Origin: Candidatus Aminicenantes bacterium
GTDB lineage: Bacteria; Acidobacteriota; Aminicenantia; Aminicenantales; JAFGBC01
NCBI GenBank assembly: GCA_963702005.1
Contig: OY969696.1
Span: 4,064,001-4,128,000, forward strand
Length of the DNA stretch: 64,000 nucleotides
Direction: 5' to 3'
Part shown: positions 27,564-37,696 of the stretch, in pieces
Layout: every line of letters starts with the position of its first letter
Position numbering within the stretch: the first letter of the stretch is position 1
Program-made: the position numbers and the translations under genes
The notes under the pieces: model-generated
Databases searched by the model: none
Seen by the model: only the letters and a program-made list of their open reading frames with translations
What the model was told of the DNA's origin: nothing

Positions 27564-29267
27564 ATGGATCTCCGAACCGCTATCCCGTCCGCTTACGAAG
27601 GCGCCCTCGGCGCGGCCTTGGCCGGGATCGGCTCGGCCGGCCTCGTTCGCCGCATCTGGGACAGGGATTGGACGGTCTGGGGCCGGGAGCCGGACGAGAT
27701 CGCCAACCGGCTCGGCTGGCTGACTTCGGCCGAGGCATCCCTGCAGAGTCTGCCGGCGATTGAAGCCCTGGTCCGGGACATCCGCCGCGAGGGATACCGC
27801 GAGGCCGTCGTCCTGGGCATGGGAGGATCGAGCCTGGCCCCCGAAGTCCTGGGACTCATTTTTCCGACCGGCGAGAGCGGCTGCCGGCTTTCGATTCACG
27901 ACAGCACGGACCCGGCCGCCGTCCTGGCCAGCGCCCGCCGGCTCGACCTCGAGCATACGGTCTTTCTCGTTTCCTCGAAGTCGGGAACGACCGTCGAGAC
28001 GAATTCCTTCTTTCGCTACTTCTACAACCTCGTCGCGGGTCTCGCCGGCGAGGAGGGAGCCGGCCGGTCGTTCCTGGCCCTGAGCGATCCCGGCAGCCCG
28101 CTCGAAGCTGAGGCCCAAACCCTCCGTTTCCGCGCCTTTGTCCCGGGCGACTCGGCGATCGGGGGACGCTTCTCCGTGTTATCGCCGTTCGGGATCCTCC
28201 CGGCCGCGCTCAAAGGGCTGGATGTCCGCCGCCTTCTGAACGAAGGGCTCCGGGCGGCCGCCCTCTGCCGGGAGGAGGATCCCTTCCGCAATCCCGGCGT
28301 CGGGTTGGGAGCGCTCTTGGCCGTCCTGGCCCGGGAGGGCCGGGATAAGCTGTCCTTCCTGCTCTCGGAGGCGGTCCGGCCGTTCGGCGCCTGGCTCGAG
28401 CAACTCATCGCCGAAAGCACGGGGAAGAAAGGCCGGGGGATTCTTCCCGTCGTCGAAGAGACTCCCCTGGCCCCGACAGCGCTCGGCGCGGATCGCTTCT
28501 TCGTCGTCTTGAGGCTCGAAACCGAGCCCGGACCGGAGGCCGACCTCCAAGCTCTCGCCGCCGCCGGCGTCCCGCACTGCGTGATAAAGCTCGCCGATCG
28601 CTACGAGCTGGGCGGCCAGTTCTTCATCTGGGAAATGGCGACGGCCGTCGCCGGGCATATCCTCGGCGTCAATCCCTTCGAGCAACCCGACGTGGAATCG
28701 GCCAAGAAAATCGCCCGGGAGATGGTCCGCGTCTTTAAGAACCGCGGGGCCCTCCCCGCGGAGCAGCCGGTCCTGGTTGAGGACGGGATTTCGCTCTTCG
28801 GCGACATCGCCGCGCCGGGAATCGGCGAGGGATTGCGCCGTTTCCTCGACCCGGCCCGGCCGGGCGACTACACGGCCCTGCTCGCCTTCCTGCCCCCGAC
28901 GCCGGAAATCGAAGCTCTCCTGCGACGGCTGGCCGGGACGATCCGGGAGAGGACGGGCCTGGCCTCGACCTGGGGCTGGGGACCCCGCTATCTTCATTCG
29001 ACGGGACAGCTCCACAAAGGGGACGCCGGGCGCGGGCTGTTCGTCCTCCTCACGGCCGCCGACTCCGAGGATGTCCCCATCCCCGATGCGGCCGGCGACA
29101 CGAAGTCCAGCCTCAGCTTTGGGACTCTCGAGGCGGCCCAGGCCAGAGGGGATTTCGAAGCCCTCCGCGCGGCCGGACGCCGAGTTCTCCGTTTCGATTT
29201 GGGAAAAGACATATCCGCCGGGCTAACGCTCGTCGCCTCTCTATCGGCAGTCCGCGGCGGAAAATAA
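27564..29267 (+). CDS. pgi: Glucose-6-phosphate isomerase (Tal-Pgi-type Pgi domain)
   Basis: GMGGSSL, SKSGTT, IGGRFS, EQLIAESTGK, NPFEQPDVE, HSTGQLHKG. Confidence 0.88.
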   Translation: MDLRTAIPSAYEGALGAALAGIGSAGLVRRIWDRDWTVWGREPDEIANRLGWLTSAEASLQSLPAIEALVRDIRREGYREAVVLGMGGSSLAPEVLGLIFPTGESGCRLSIHDSTDPAAVLASARRLDLEHTVFLVSSKSGTTVETNSFFRYFYNLVAGLAGEEGAGRSFLALSDPGSPLEAEAQTLRFRAFVPGDSAIGGRFSVLSPFGILPAALKGLDVRRLLNEGLRAAALCREEDPFRNPGVGLGALLAVLAREGRDKLSFLLSEAVRPFGAWLEQLIAESTGKKGRGILPVVEETPLAPTALGADRFFVVLRLETEPGPEADLQALAAAGVPHCVIKLADRYELGGQFFIWEMATAVAGHILGVNPFEQPDVESAKKIAREMVRVFKNRGALPAEQPVLVEDGISLFGDIAAPGIGEGLRRFLDPARPGDYTALLAFLPPTPEIEALLRRLAGTIRERTGLASTWGWGPRYLHSTGQLHKGDAGRGLFVLLTAADSEDVPIPDAAGDTKSSLSFGTLEAAQARGDFEALRAAGRRVLRFDLGKDISAGLTLVASLSAVRGGK

Positions 29268-29276
29268 CTAAGGGCT

Positions 29277-30005
29277 TCAGAACAAGCCGACGAAGACGAG
29301 GTCGGCGTGGAAAAGCTCCTTGCTCTTGACCCGGGTCTTGGCGTCGACGGATTCCTTGGCGTTCAAGTAGAACCAGAACTGATCGAACAGCCTCAGCTTC
29401 TTGATGTAGTACTGGGCATATTCGGTGATGTTGTCGATGATGATCTTGCCCGTCTCTTTGCCGTTTTCGTCGCTCATCGAGATGGCGTTCGTTTCGCCCT
29501 GGACGAGCTTGCCGAAGACTCTGACCTTGGCTTTGCCTTCCCAGCCTTCGGGCTTATTGGGGACAAGACCCTTGAGGGCCTCATAGCCTTCCCGAGCGAT
29601 GGGGTCTATATAGTCCTGAAGATTCGGCGCGGCTTTCTGATTGTAGAAAGGCTTGAAACTCCCGCCCTCCTTGACCTCGATCGTCTCGGCGGCCAGGATG
29701 GAGGGGCGCTTGGAATCGAACAGTCCCTTGACCCTGACCTCTTTGCCGACGAGGGCGGCCGTATTGACCTGGCCGGCGACGACGATGTCGAAACCCTGGG
29801 CGGCCGGGACATAGATGTACTTACCGAGGGCCAGTTTGACCGTTCCCTGGAACTCGTTGAAGCCTTCCTTAATGGTCGAAACCTGCGCGGCCGCGGCCGC
29901 CGTCTCCTTCGCCTTCTTGGAGCAGGCGACCGAAAGCACCAGGAGAAGGGCCAGCGCCATCAGACCGATAAGGATTATCTTTTCAGAGGCTCGTCCTTTC
30001 CTCAT
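29277..30005 (-). CDS. Hypothetical lipoprotein
   Basis: SVAC lipobox; host-like codon usage; SD GGAGG. Confidence 0.65.
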   Translation of the reverse strand: MRKGRASEKIILIGLMALALLLVLSVACSKKAKETAAAAAQVSTIKEGFNEFQGTVKLALGKYIYVPAAQGFDIVVAGQVNTAALVGKEVRVKGLFDSKRPSILAAETIEVKEGGSFKPFYNQKAAPNLQDYIDPIAREGYEALKGLVPNKPEGWEGKAKVRVFGKLVQGETNAISMSDENGKETGKIIIDNITEYAQYYIKKLRLFDQFWFYLNAKESVDAKTRVKSKELFHADLVFVGLF

Positions 30006-30101
30006 AGCTTTGACCTCCCTAAGATTCGGCGTTCATGATCAGCCCGTCTAAAGGAATTATTTTTATACCATTCCGAGGGTTAAAAGTAAAGAAGAAAGTT
30101 G

Positions 30102-30129
30102 AGGGGGCGGGCTTTCGCGTCCGCCCCCT
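30102..30129 (-). terminator. Intrinsic terminator after FecR/DUF6600 gene
   Basis: AGGGGGCGG...CCGCCCCCT hairpin followed by a U-rich tract on the minus strand. Confidence 0.55.
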
Positions 30130-30150
30130 GGTTATGGAAAAGCCGGCCGC

Positions 30151-32238
30151 TTATTTCCTGTGAATGCGGCCGGACGACACGGAACGGGAAGACGATCCCG
30201 AGCTTCGCGAGGGGGAGGAATAGGACCTGGCGCTGGGACGGGACCCGGAAGACCGGGGAGAATAGCTCGGACGGCTCGACGAGGACGAAGGGCCCGAATC
30301 TCCGGAACGCGGCGAGTAGCTCCTCGAATAGGACGGGCGGTCGGACGAGTCGGATTCCCGCCCATAGCGGATCTCGGGGCGGCGCTCCGCATCATCATAG
30401 GACCGGCTCCGGGGATACGGATCGTAGCTCGAATCCCTGTCCTCATTCCTCGTTCCGGATTCGGAGAACCGGCTCCGGAACGTCCGCAGCAGGCCGCCGA
30501 GCGTCTCCGAAGAAGACCGCGGCTCGCGCGACTCGTACTCCCTCAAGGAAGAACGAGATTCATCTTGGCGCGGGACGGGCTGCCGCGAAGAGAAGGATGA
30601 ATCGTTGCGGCGTTCGACGAGGTCCGACCGCCAGGTGGAGGGGGCGATCCGGGCCGGAAAGGTCTTGATCCCGGTCCTCGGAACGCCGACCTCCCCGGCG
30701 CCGCGCCGGCTGTCGAACTCCCGGCTGCGGGGCGCCGGGTCCTTGCTCGGGCCGATCGACGGCCCGTCGCTTCGCCGCGACGGATAGGTTTTAATGCCCT
30801 CCTTGTCGAGGAGGCGCGGGGTCAGGCTCCGGTCGGAGCCGCGGATGTCCCTGGGAGCCGCGACCGGCCTCGTTTCCCGGATCGTCGTCTTGTCGAACGA
30901 GCCGGCCACCCCTTTGCCGCGGATGTCGCCGGGGAGCCGGGATCGGTCCAATCGGATCTCTCCCGGCGAGAAGCTTTTAGGGACGTCGCGGATGTTATCG
31001 CGCGAGAGGTTCTTCGCCCCGATGCGCTGCTCCAGGCTCGACCGGTCGATGACGGGCTTGATGTCGGGCTGCTGGGCGCGGAGCGAGATCTTATTGATGG
31101 ACCTGATCCGGTCGGCGCTCAGGGCGTCGCGGCTGATCTGGCGCGACTGGAGCTGGTTGCGGCGGACGACGGTCAAGGCGCGGGAATTCGCGGGGTAGTC
31201 GTGGCGATTATAGCGGTCGTAGAAGTAGTTGTTGATGATGACGATGGGCGTATTGTAGTAGCCGAGCGGGCACCAACCGCAGTAATCGTAATCCCACCAC
31301 CAATGGACCCAGGCCGGGCCCCAATGATGGGTCGGGATCCAGTACCAGCCGAGGCCCATCCTCCAGTGCCAACGGCCGTAGTGGTAGGCGGCCCAGCCCC
31401 AGGGCTCGTAGGAAACCCAGGTCCAGCCGATGATCGGATACCAGGCCCAGCGGCCGTGGTAGTACGGCCGCCAGTCCGTCTCGTAGATGGAGGGAATCCA
31501 AACATAGCCGTAGGGCTGTTCGTAGGCCCAGCGGCCGTAAGAGTCAAGCTCGTCCTGGTATTCGTTGATCTCCTCGGGGAGATAGCGGGTCGAGGCGCGG
31601 GGTTTGTGCAGCTCGTCCCGGTCGGCGTTCCATTCGGCGAAATCATCCCGGCTCGCGATATAATCGTTGGCGGGCGATCGGAGGTCGCCGTTGACGGCGG
31701 TCAGCCGCTCATTCCGGTTGACCTGGACCGAGCCTTCTTGCCCGGCCGCTTCGAGCGAGCCGTCGAGGACGAGGACCTCGGTCTCCCGGTTCTGGCTGAC
31801 CTCGAACCGGTAAAGACCGCGGTCGAGGATATAAAAGGAAGCGTCCGGCGTGTGAATTTCGAAGGCCTTCTCCCGCTCGAGGAAGGCCACCCGGAGGTAA
31901 ATCCGGCCGGCCAGGAGATGGAGGTTAGTGGCGTCGCCGTCCCGCTGCGGGAGACCGTAGAAGTCGAGCTGCGTCTCGGCGTCGAGCCGGAGGTAGTTCG
32001 ACTTGCCGAAATGGATCTCGGCCCGGCCGTCCTTGGTCCCCAGCTTATCGCCCTGAACGAGGGGCAGATTGACTTCGCCCTGCTCGAATCCCTGATCCGA
32101 GGCTCGCTGGACGGATACATCTCCCTTGACATAGCTCATCCTGGCGAAACTCCGGTCATAGTACCCTTCGTCCTGGGCCAGGAGGAGCAGCGGGGTTACC
32201 AGAAGGATCGCTACCGTGAAAGCCCCTAGTTTTTTCAT
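30151..32238 (-). CDS. FecR domain plus DUF6600 (W/Y-rich) protein with low-complexity S/R tail
   Basis: N-terminal FecR-like GDKLGT..GRAEI; WRPYYHGRW, EPWGWAAYHYGRW, WGPAWV. Confidence 0.85.
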   Translation of the reverse strand: MKKLGAFTVAILLVTPLLLLAQDEGYYDRSFARMSYVKGDVSVQRASDQGFEQGEVNLPLVQGDKLGTKDGRAEIHFGKSNYLRLDAETQLDFYGLPQRDGDATNLHLLAGRIYLRVAFLEREKAFEIHTPDASFYILDRGLYRFEVSQNRETEVLVLDGSLEAAGQEGSVQVNRNERLTAVNGDLRSPANDYIASRDDFAEWNADRDELHKPRASTRYLPEEINEYQDELDSYGRWAYEQPYGYVWIPSIYETDWRPYYHGRWAWYPIIGWTWVSYEPWGWAAYHYGRWHWRMGLGWYWIPTHHWGPAWVHWWWDYDYCGWCPLGYYNTPIVIINNYFYDRYNRHDYPANSRALTVVRRNQLQSRQISRDALSADRIRSINKISLRAQQPDIKPVIDRSSLEQRIGAKNLSRDNIRDVPKSFSPGEIRLDRSRLPGDIRGKGVAGSFDKTTIRETRPVAAPRDIRGSDRSLTPRLLDKEGIKTYPSRRSDGPSIGPSKDPAPRSREFDSRRGAGEVGVPRTGIKTFPARIAPSTWRSDLVERRNDSSFSSRQPVPRQDESRSSLREYESREPRSSSETLGGLLRTFRSRFSESGTRNEDRDSSYDPYPRSRSYDDAERRPEIRYGRESDSSDRPSYSRSYSPRSGDSGPSSSSSRPSYSPRSSGSRPSARSYSSPSRSSGSSSRSVSSGRIHRK

Positions 32239-32265
32239 CTTGTCCTCCTATCCGCCCTTTTAAAA

Positions 32266-32281
32266 AGCAAAAAGCGTGCCA
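32266..32281 (-). promoter_or_regulatory. sigma54 (-24/-12) promoter
   Basis: TGGCAC-GCTTT-TTGCT on the minus strand, 27 nt upstream of the FecR/DUF6600 ATG. Confidence 0.75.
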
Positions 32282-32347
32282 TCTCTTCTTTCCTGGGAGG
32301 AAGCGGCTGGGGGAGCGGGAGTGTCCTGGCTATGTGACAATTGGACC

Positions 32348-32383
32348 CAAAAAAAGGGGCGGCCCCTCTCGAAGAGGCCGCCC
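32348..32383 (-). terminator. Intrinsic terminator after Spy/CpxP gene
   Basis: GGGCGGCC...GGCCGCCC stem followed by U8 on the minus strand. Confidence 0.7.
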
Positions 32384-32418
32384 GGATTCGGCTTATGGGA
32401 TGCGCCTTGTGACGTCTC

Positions 32419-32928
32419 TTACCACCACCGGCAGCGGGAGCGTAGGCGTAAGCCCCGTCCCGGAAAGCTGCCGCCGAACCGGCCGAAACGCCGGCCTAAG
32501 GGTCGCATCCGGTCGTCCCGCCTTCCGGCTCGGAAAGCCTCCCGATACTCGTCCAGCTTCTTGATCTGGTCGGGCGTCAGGATCTTCCTCATATCGTACC
32601 GGTGCTGCAGGCCGGACTTCAGATGCCCGGCTCGCAAGCGGGCCATCTCATCGATGAGCCCATCGGCTTTCTTGGGATCCAAGCCCGGATCCTTGAGGAC
32701 GGCCTCGAGCTCGCCGTTGATTTTCTTCATCCGGTCGAAGAAGTCCTTCCGCTCCGATTCGCGGGCTTGGGCCATCTCGTCGAACCCGGTCTGCTGCTCC
32801 GGCGTCAGGTCCAGGATATCCCGAGCCATCATCCGGAAGGGCCTTCGCTCCGTTTGCCCCTGGAGGGGAAAGGCAAGGACGGTCAGAATCGCCATGAAAG
32901 CCATAGCGCTCAGGGTGCGGCGTTTCAT
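32419..32928 (-). CDS. Spy/CpxP-family periplasmic protein
   Basis: Signal peptide; two LTxxQ motifs (LTPEQ, LTPDQ). Confidence 0.8.
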   Translation of the reverse strand: MKRRTLSAMAFMAILTVLAFPLQGQTERRPFRMMARDILDLTPEQQTGFDEMAQARESERKDFFDRMKKINGELEAVLKDPGLDPKKADGLIDEMARLRAGHLKSGLQHRYDMRKILTPDQIKKLDEYREAFRAGRRDDRMRPLGRRFGRFGGSFPGRGLRLRSRCRWW

Positions 32929-33011
32929 TGTGTGCCTCCTTTGTCTCGTTTTGCGCAATAGTTTAGACAAAGGCGCTGTCGATTCCTTGGAGAATTTGCA
33001 AGGTAAGGAGG

Positions 33012-33077
33012 CAAACCTACACTTTACACTGGGACGAGGGAATGAGTTTCTCCATTATAAAGTGAAGGTTTGACCCC
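33012..33077. repeat. GGGGTCAAACCTACACTTT-family palindrome (degenerate)
   Basis: Arms CAAACCTACACTTTA and TAAAGTGAAGGTTTGACCCC. Confidence 0.75.
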
Positions 33078-33079
33078 TG

Positions 33080-34123
33080 TCATATTTCCCAGGCCTCGAA
33101 GCCGGCCGGGGAAAGCCAGACCGGGAGGTGACGGATGCCGCCGCCAAGCCCGAGGATGGCCGCGACCATGCGGCGCCTCAACCCGTCGTCGGGAGAAGAG
33201 AGGACGGTCAGCGAGCCCCCCTTGCCGCCCGCTCCGTTGACCTTCCAGCCCGAGGCGCCGTGCCTCTGAGCGATCTCGATGACCCGGTCGGCCCTATCCG
33301 AAACAAGCTGGGGATGGAGCGCCCGCTGGGCTTCGTTGTTCGCGATCATGATCTCGCCGTAGGCTTCGAACTCGCCTTCGAGAAGCGCTCGTCTTCCCTC
33401 AGCGGCCAGCGCCGACAGCTGCTCGAGGATTTCGAACCGTCCCTTCCCTTTCTCGAGGCGGGCGATGACCTTCTCATGGATGTCCGAAGAGCTGTGGGGA
33501 CGCCCCAAATAGACGAGGCAAAGCCTCCTCTCCAGCTCCCGGAGAACCCCCTTGCCCGGCCGAAGCCGTTCGACGCGGGCTCTGGGGTAGCTTTTCATAT
33601 CGATATAGCAGATCCCGCCATAGGCGGCGCTGATCTGGTCCTGGATTCCGCTCTGCCGGCCGAGCTTGTCCGTTTCGACGCTGTGGGCCAGCGCGGCCAG
33701 CCCGGCCGGTCCGAGCCGCCCGCCCCGCAGGAAATCGAGGGCCCCCAGGAGCGCGACGCAGACCGAGGCCGAGGTCCCGGTCGAGATCCCGGCCGGGACG
33801 GGAGAGTGAAGACGGACTTCGAGGCTCAGCTCTCCGGGCAGGGGAACCGATTGGATGGCCATCTGGAGAAGGGGGTGGAGGGACGGGGAAGGCCGGGCCG
33901 GGTTGACCCGGAAGGATTGACCGTAATTCTCGGCGTGGACAAGAACCCGCGGCGCGCTCTTCGTCCGTTCGTTCCGGACGACTTTAACCTGAACCTCGAC
34001 CGGAGGCCGGACGGCCAGGTTCAGGACCCGGCCCCACCGAGCGAACCAGGTGTCGGTCCAGCCGCCGATATCATTGATGCGGAGCGGCGCCCGGGCGTGA
34101 ACGATTCGGACGGGCCGCGCCAT
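33080..34123 (-). CDS. GHMP sugar kinase (HddA/fucokinase-like)
   Basis: APLRINDIGGWTD, PAGISTGTSA, GIQDQ, KVNGAGGKGG. Confidence 0.85.
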   Translation of the reverse strand: MARPVRIVHARAPLRINDIGGWTDTWFARWGRVLNLAVRPPVEVQVKVVRNERTKSAPRVLVHAENYGQSFRVNPARPSPSLHPLLQMAIQSVPLPGELSLEVRLHSPVPAGISTGTSASVCVALLGALDFLRGGRLGPAGLAALAHSVETDKLGRQSGIQDQISAAYGGICYIDMKSYPRARVERLRPGKGVLRELERRLCLVYLGRPHSSSDIHEKVIARLEKGKGRFEILEQLSALAAEGRRALLEGEFEAYGEIMIANNEAQRALHPQLVSDRADRVIEIAQRHGASGWKVNGAGGKGGSLTVLSSPDDGLRRRMVAAILGLGGGIRHLPVWLSPAGFEAWEI

Positions 34124-34130
34124 CGCGCCC

Positions 34131-35105
34131 TCAAGCCCCTCGCCGGTGGCGGAACTGATCCAGGCTCACGGCCGCCACGATGATGGCGCCGATGATGATT
34201 TCCTGGATGTAGTTCGGCCAGCCCATCATCGTGCAGCCGTTCCGGAGGAAAGACATGATGAAGACGCCGATGAGCGTCCCCAAGATGCTTCCCTCCCCGC
34301 CGACCAAGCTCCCGCCCCCGATGACGACGGCGGCGATGATGTCGAGCTCGAGTCCGACGGCCACGGTCGGGTCCCCGACGGTCAGCCGCGAGTATTCCAT
34401 GACGCCGGCCAACCCGCAGAAAAGTCCGGACAGGGTGTAAATGAGGATCTTCATCCGCCGCGTCCGGATGCCGCAGAGCCGGGCCGTGGCTTCGTTCGAG
34501 CCGATGGCGAAGACGCGGCGGCCGAACACGGTCCGCCGCAGGATGAAGGCCATCAGGACCGCGAACACGATCATCAGCCAGACGCCCGGGGCCAGCAGAA
34601 GCCAGCCCGCCTTGGGGCTCCTGGCCATGAGCTCGTTGATCCAGGTCAGCGGAGCGTCGATCTTCTGGTTGCCGGCCATCCATTTAGCGACGCCCCGGGC
34701 GATCCCCATCATCCCCAGGGTCACGATGAAGGGAACGAGGCGGAGGGTCGTGATCAGGCTGCCATTGGCGAACCCGATCAGCCCGCCGCAGAGGATCCCC
34801 GCCGCCAAAGCGGCCAGGGGCGGCACCCCCCCGTTGACGGCGTAGGCGACGACGACGCTCGCCAGGGCGATGTTGGACGCCGCCGAGAGGTCGATCCCGC
34901 CGCTGATGATGACGAAGGTCATTCCCAGCGCGCCCAGAGCGACGATGACGGATTGGGTCGCTACGCTCTTGAAGTTGGCCGGCCGCAAAAAACGATCCCG
35001 GACCTCGGGCAGCAGGGAAAAAAGAGCGATCACCAGGAGGAGCCCTAAAAACGGGGCCAGCCAATTGAGGAGGATTTTGAGCCGCGCCTTGCCGTGTCCG
35101 TTCAT
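34131..35105 (-). CDS. Monosaccharide ABC transporter permease (RbsC-like)
   Basis: GGIDLS, PFIVTLG, AIGSNE, ELDIIAAVVIGG; start ATG 35105. Confidence 0.9.
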   Translation of the reverse strand: MNGHGKARLKILLNWLAPFLGLLLVIALFSLLPEVRDRFLRPANFKSVATQSVIVALGALGMTFVIISGGIDLSAASNIALASVVVAYAVNGGVPPLAALAAGILCGGLIGFANGSLITTLRLVPFIVTLGMMGIARGVAKWMAGNQKIDAPLTWINELMARSPKAGWLLLAPGVWLMIVFAVLMAFILRRTVFGRRVFAIGSNEATARLCGIRTRRMKILIYTLSGLFCGLAGVMEYSRLTVGDPTVAVGLELDIIAAVVIGGGSLVGGEGSILGTLIGVFIMSFLRNGCTMMGWPNYIQEIIIGAIIVAAVSLDQFRHRRGA

Positions 35106-36637
35106 GGTTCCGCCTCGATTCGGTCCGCCCCGGCCCGTCCGACCGCGGCGGCCTGCAGGATGCCCGCTCCGTCCCAGTCCGAAGCCGGCCGGCTGTCCAC
35201 GACCCGCCCCCGATGGAAGACGGCGATCGTGTCGCAGACGCCCAGGAGCTCGGGAAGATAGGAGGACACGAACAGGACGGCCTTGCCTTGGGCGGCCAGC
35301 TTTCCGATCCATTCGTAAATCTGGGCCTTGCTCAGGACGTCGATGCCCCGGGTGGGCTCGTCCAGAAGAAGGATGTCGGATTCCTGATGGAGGAGCCGGG
35401 CCAGCGCGACCTTCTGCTGGTTTCCTCCGGAGAGGACGGCCACGGCCTCGCCCGGATGCCGCCCCTTGATCTTGACCCGCTCCATCAACCCGGCGACCGC
35501 CTCCCGGCGCCGTCCGAGCGACAGGACGCCGCGCCGACTGAAGGGATCGAGACGGCTCAGCGTTACGTTATCGGCGATCGACTGAGACAAGGCCAAGCCC
35601 TCGCCCTGACGGTCCTCGCTGAGAAGACCCAAGCCCTGCCCGATCCGCTCCCAAGGTTTTCCCGTCTCGAAACGGACCCGGCCGATCGTGACGGCTCCCC
35701 GCTCGACCTCGTCCAGGCCGAAGACGGCCCGCAGCGTCTCGGTCCGCCCCGAGCCAATCAGCCCGGCAATCCCCAGGATCTCGCCCCGCCGCAGGGCCAG
35801 GTCGACCTCGGCCTGCATGGCCCGGCCCCGGAAGCCGTCGAGGGAGAGGAGGACCTCTCCGATAGCGTGGGGAACCCGCGGGAAGAGCTCCTTGAATTCC
35901 TGGCCGACCATCATCCGGATGATCGCCTCGAGCGAGACGTCGGCCATCCGGCCCGATCCGGCGTTCCGGCCGTCCCGGAGGACCGTGAAGATATCGGCGA
36001 CCCGCCGGACCTCTTCCAGGAAATGGCTGATGTAGATGATGGCGACACCCCGCTCCTTGAGCCTGCGGATGATCCGGAAAAGCTCCTCGCTGTCTTCGAG
36101 GGTCAGGCTGCTGGTCGGCTCATCCATCACCAGAATCCGGGCCTCGTCGACGAGGGCCCGGGCGATTTCGACGATCTGCTTGGCGCCCACGCTCAGCGCC
36201 CGGACCGGGACCTCGGGAGCGATCTCGGGATGGTGCATGAAGGCCAGGACCTCCCGAACCTTCCGTCTCATTTCGGCGAAGCGGACGACGCCCCAGCGGC
36301 GGAGCTCCTTTCCGAGCAGGATGTTCTCCTCGACGCTGAGATGCGGGCAGAGGGTCAGCTCCTGGTAGATCATGCTGACGCCGCGGCGCTTCCCGTCGAA
36401 GGGGCCGGTCGGCGTGTAAGGCGCGCCCTCGATCGAGATGCGCCCGGCATCGGGACGGACGGCGCCGCTCAGGATCTTGACCAGCGTGCTCTTGCCCGCC
36501 CCGTTCTCGCCGAGCAGGGCGTGAACCTCGCCCCGGCGAAGCTCGAACCGGACGGCGTCGAGGGCGCAGGTCGCGCCGTAGCTCTTGGAGATATCCTCCA
36601 TCCGCAGGACGAGGTCATCGGCCGACGAAAGCGTCAT
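35102..36637 (-). CDS. Monosaccharide ABC transporter ATPase (RbsA-like)
   Basis: GENGAGKST, MDEPT, LSGGNQQK, DEPTRGID. Confidence 0.92.
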   Translation of the reverse strand: MTLSSADDLVLRMEDISKSYGATCALDAVRFELRRGEVHALLGENGAGKSTLVKILSGAVRPDAGRISIEGAPYTPTGPFDGKRRGVSMIYQELTLCPHLSVEENILLGKELRRWGVVRFAEMRRKVREVLAFMHHPEIAPEVPVRALSVGAKQIVEIARALVDEARILVMDEPTSSLTLEDSEELFRIIRRLKERGVAIIYISHFLEEVRRVADIFTVLRDGRNAGSGRMADVSLEAIIRMMVGQEFKELFPRVPHAIGEVLLSLDGFRGRAMQAEVDLALRRGEILGIAGLIGSGRTETLRAVFGLDEVERGAVTIGRVRFETGKPWERIGQGLGLLSEDRQGEGLALSQSIADNVTLSRLDPFSRRGVLSLGRRREAVAGLMERVKIKGRHPGEAVAVLSGGNQQKVALARLLHQESDILLLDEPTRGIDVLSKAQIYEWIGKLAAQGKAVLFVSSYLPELLGVCDTIAVFHRGRVVDSRPASDWDGAGILQAAAVGRAGADRIEAEP

Positions 36638-36640
36638 CGG

Positions 36641-37642
36641 TCAGTCGTGATCCTGGAAGAATTCGGGTTCGAGGAGGGCCTTGATCTCGGGCGTGTCCAT
36701 CGTTTCCCGGGTCGCGATCGTGACGCCCGTATCGATGCGCGCTTCGATGGATTCCCCCCGCAGGTGCTTGACCATCTGGACGACCCCCAGGTAGCCCATC
36801 CGGGTCGGGTTCTGAAGGACGAGCCCATGGATGTGGCCATCGCGCAGCCCCTGGACGAGCTTGGGGCTCGAGTCGAAGCCCACGAACCGGACCTTGCCGG
36901 CCAGGCCCGCTTCCTGCAGGGCGCGCAGGGTTCCGAACGTGCTCGACTCGTTGGGGCAAAAGACTCCGGCGACATCCGGAAAACGGCCGAGCAGGTTCTC
37001 GGCCAGCTGGTAGGCGCTTTCGGTCGTCGTTCCGGCGTACTGGTCCTTGACGAGGAGGCGGATCGCGGGGAAATCCTTGGTCATCGTATCCAGGAAGCCC
37101 TGCTCCCGCTCCGTGGTGCTGGCCGATCCCTCCTGGTAGCGGATGAGGAAGATGTCCCCCGCCCCGCCCAGGAGCTCGGCCAGCCGGCGGGCCGCCAGGA
37201 CGCCGCCTTTGTAGTTGTCGGTCGCGACGAAGCTGATATAGTCGTTCCCCTGCAGCCCCGAGTCGATGACGACGACGGGGATGCCCTCGCGGACGGCGGC
37301 CCGGACCGGCGCGCAGAGGGCCCGGTCGTCGAGCGGAGCCAGGACGATGCCGTCGACGCCACGGCTGATGAAATCCTCGACGACGGTGATCTGCTGGGCC
37401 CGGTCATCCTCCCGCTGCGGTCCTTTCCAGAGGACCTCGGCGCCGAGCTCGCGGCCGGCGCGGGCCGCCCCGGAATGGATGGCCTTCCAGAACTCATGGG
37501 TCGTTCCCTTGGGAATGACGGCGATTTTAAGGGTCCGGTCGGCGGACGAAGACGGGCCGGCCTCCTTCTTACGGCAGGCGGGGACGACGGCCAACGAAGA
37601 CAGGATGAAAACCCAGGTGAGGATACGGCGAACGGATGTCAT
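36641..37642 (-). CDS. Sugar ABC transporter substrate-binding lipoprotein (RbsB-like)
   Basis: VIPKGTTHEFW, ATDNYKGG, VGFD, QNPTRMG; lipobox VPAC. Confidence 0.9.
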   Translation of the reverse strand: MTSVRRILTWVFILSSLAVVPACRKKEAGPSSSADRTLKIAVIPKGTTHEFWKAIHSGAARAGRELGAEVLWKGPQREDDRAQQITVVEDFISRGVDGIVLAPLDDRALCAPVRAAVREGIPVVVIDSGLQGNDYISFVATDNYKGGVLAARRLAELLGGAGDIFLIRYQEGSASTTEREQGFLDTMTKDFPAIRLLVKDQYAGTTTESAYQLAENLLGRFPDVAGVFCPNESSTFGTLRALQEAGLAGKVRFVGFDSSPKLVQGLRDGHIHGLVLQNPTRMGYLGVVQMVKHLRGESIEARIDTGVTIATRETMDTPEIKALLEPEFFQDHD

Positions 37643-37696
37643 GCCCAAAGTATACAAAAAATCCGGCAACGCGCGCCAATGTTCTTTTCAGAAAGA

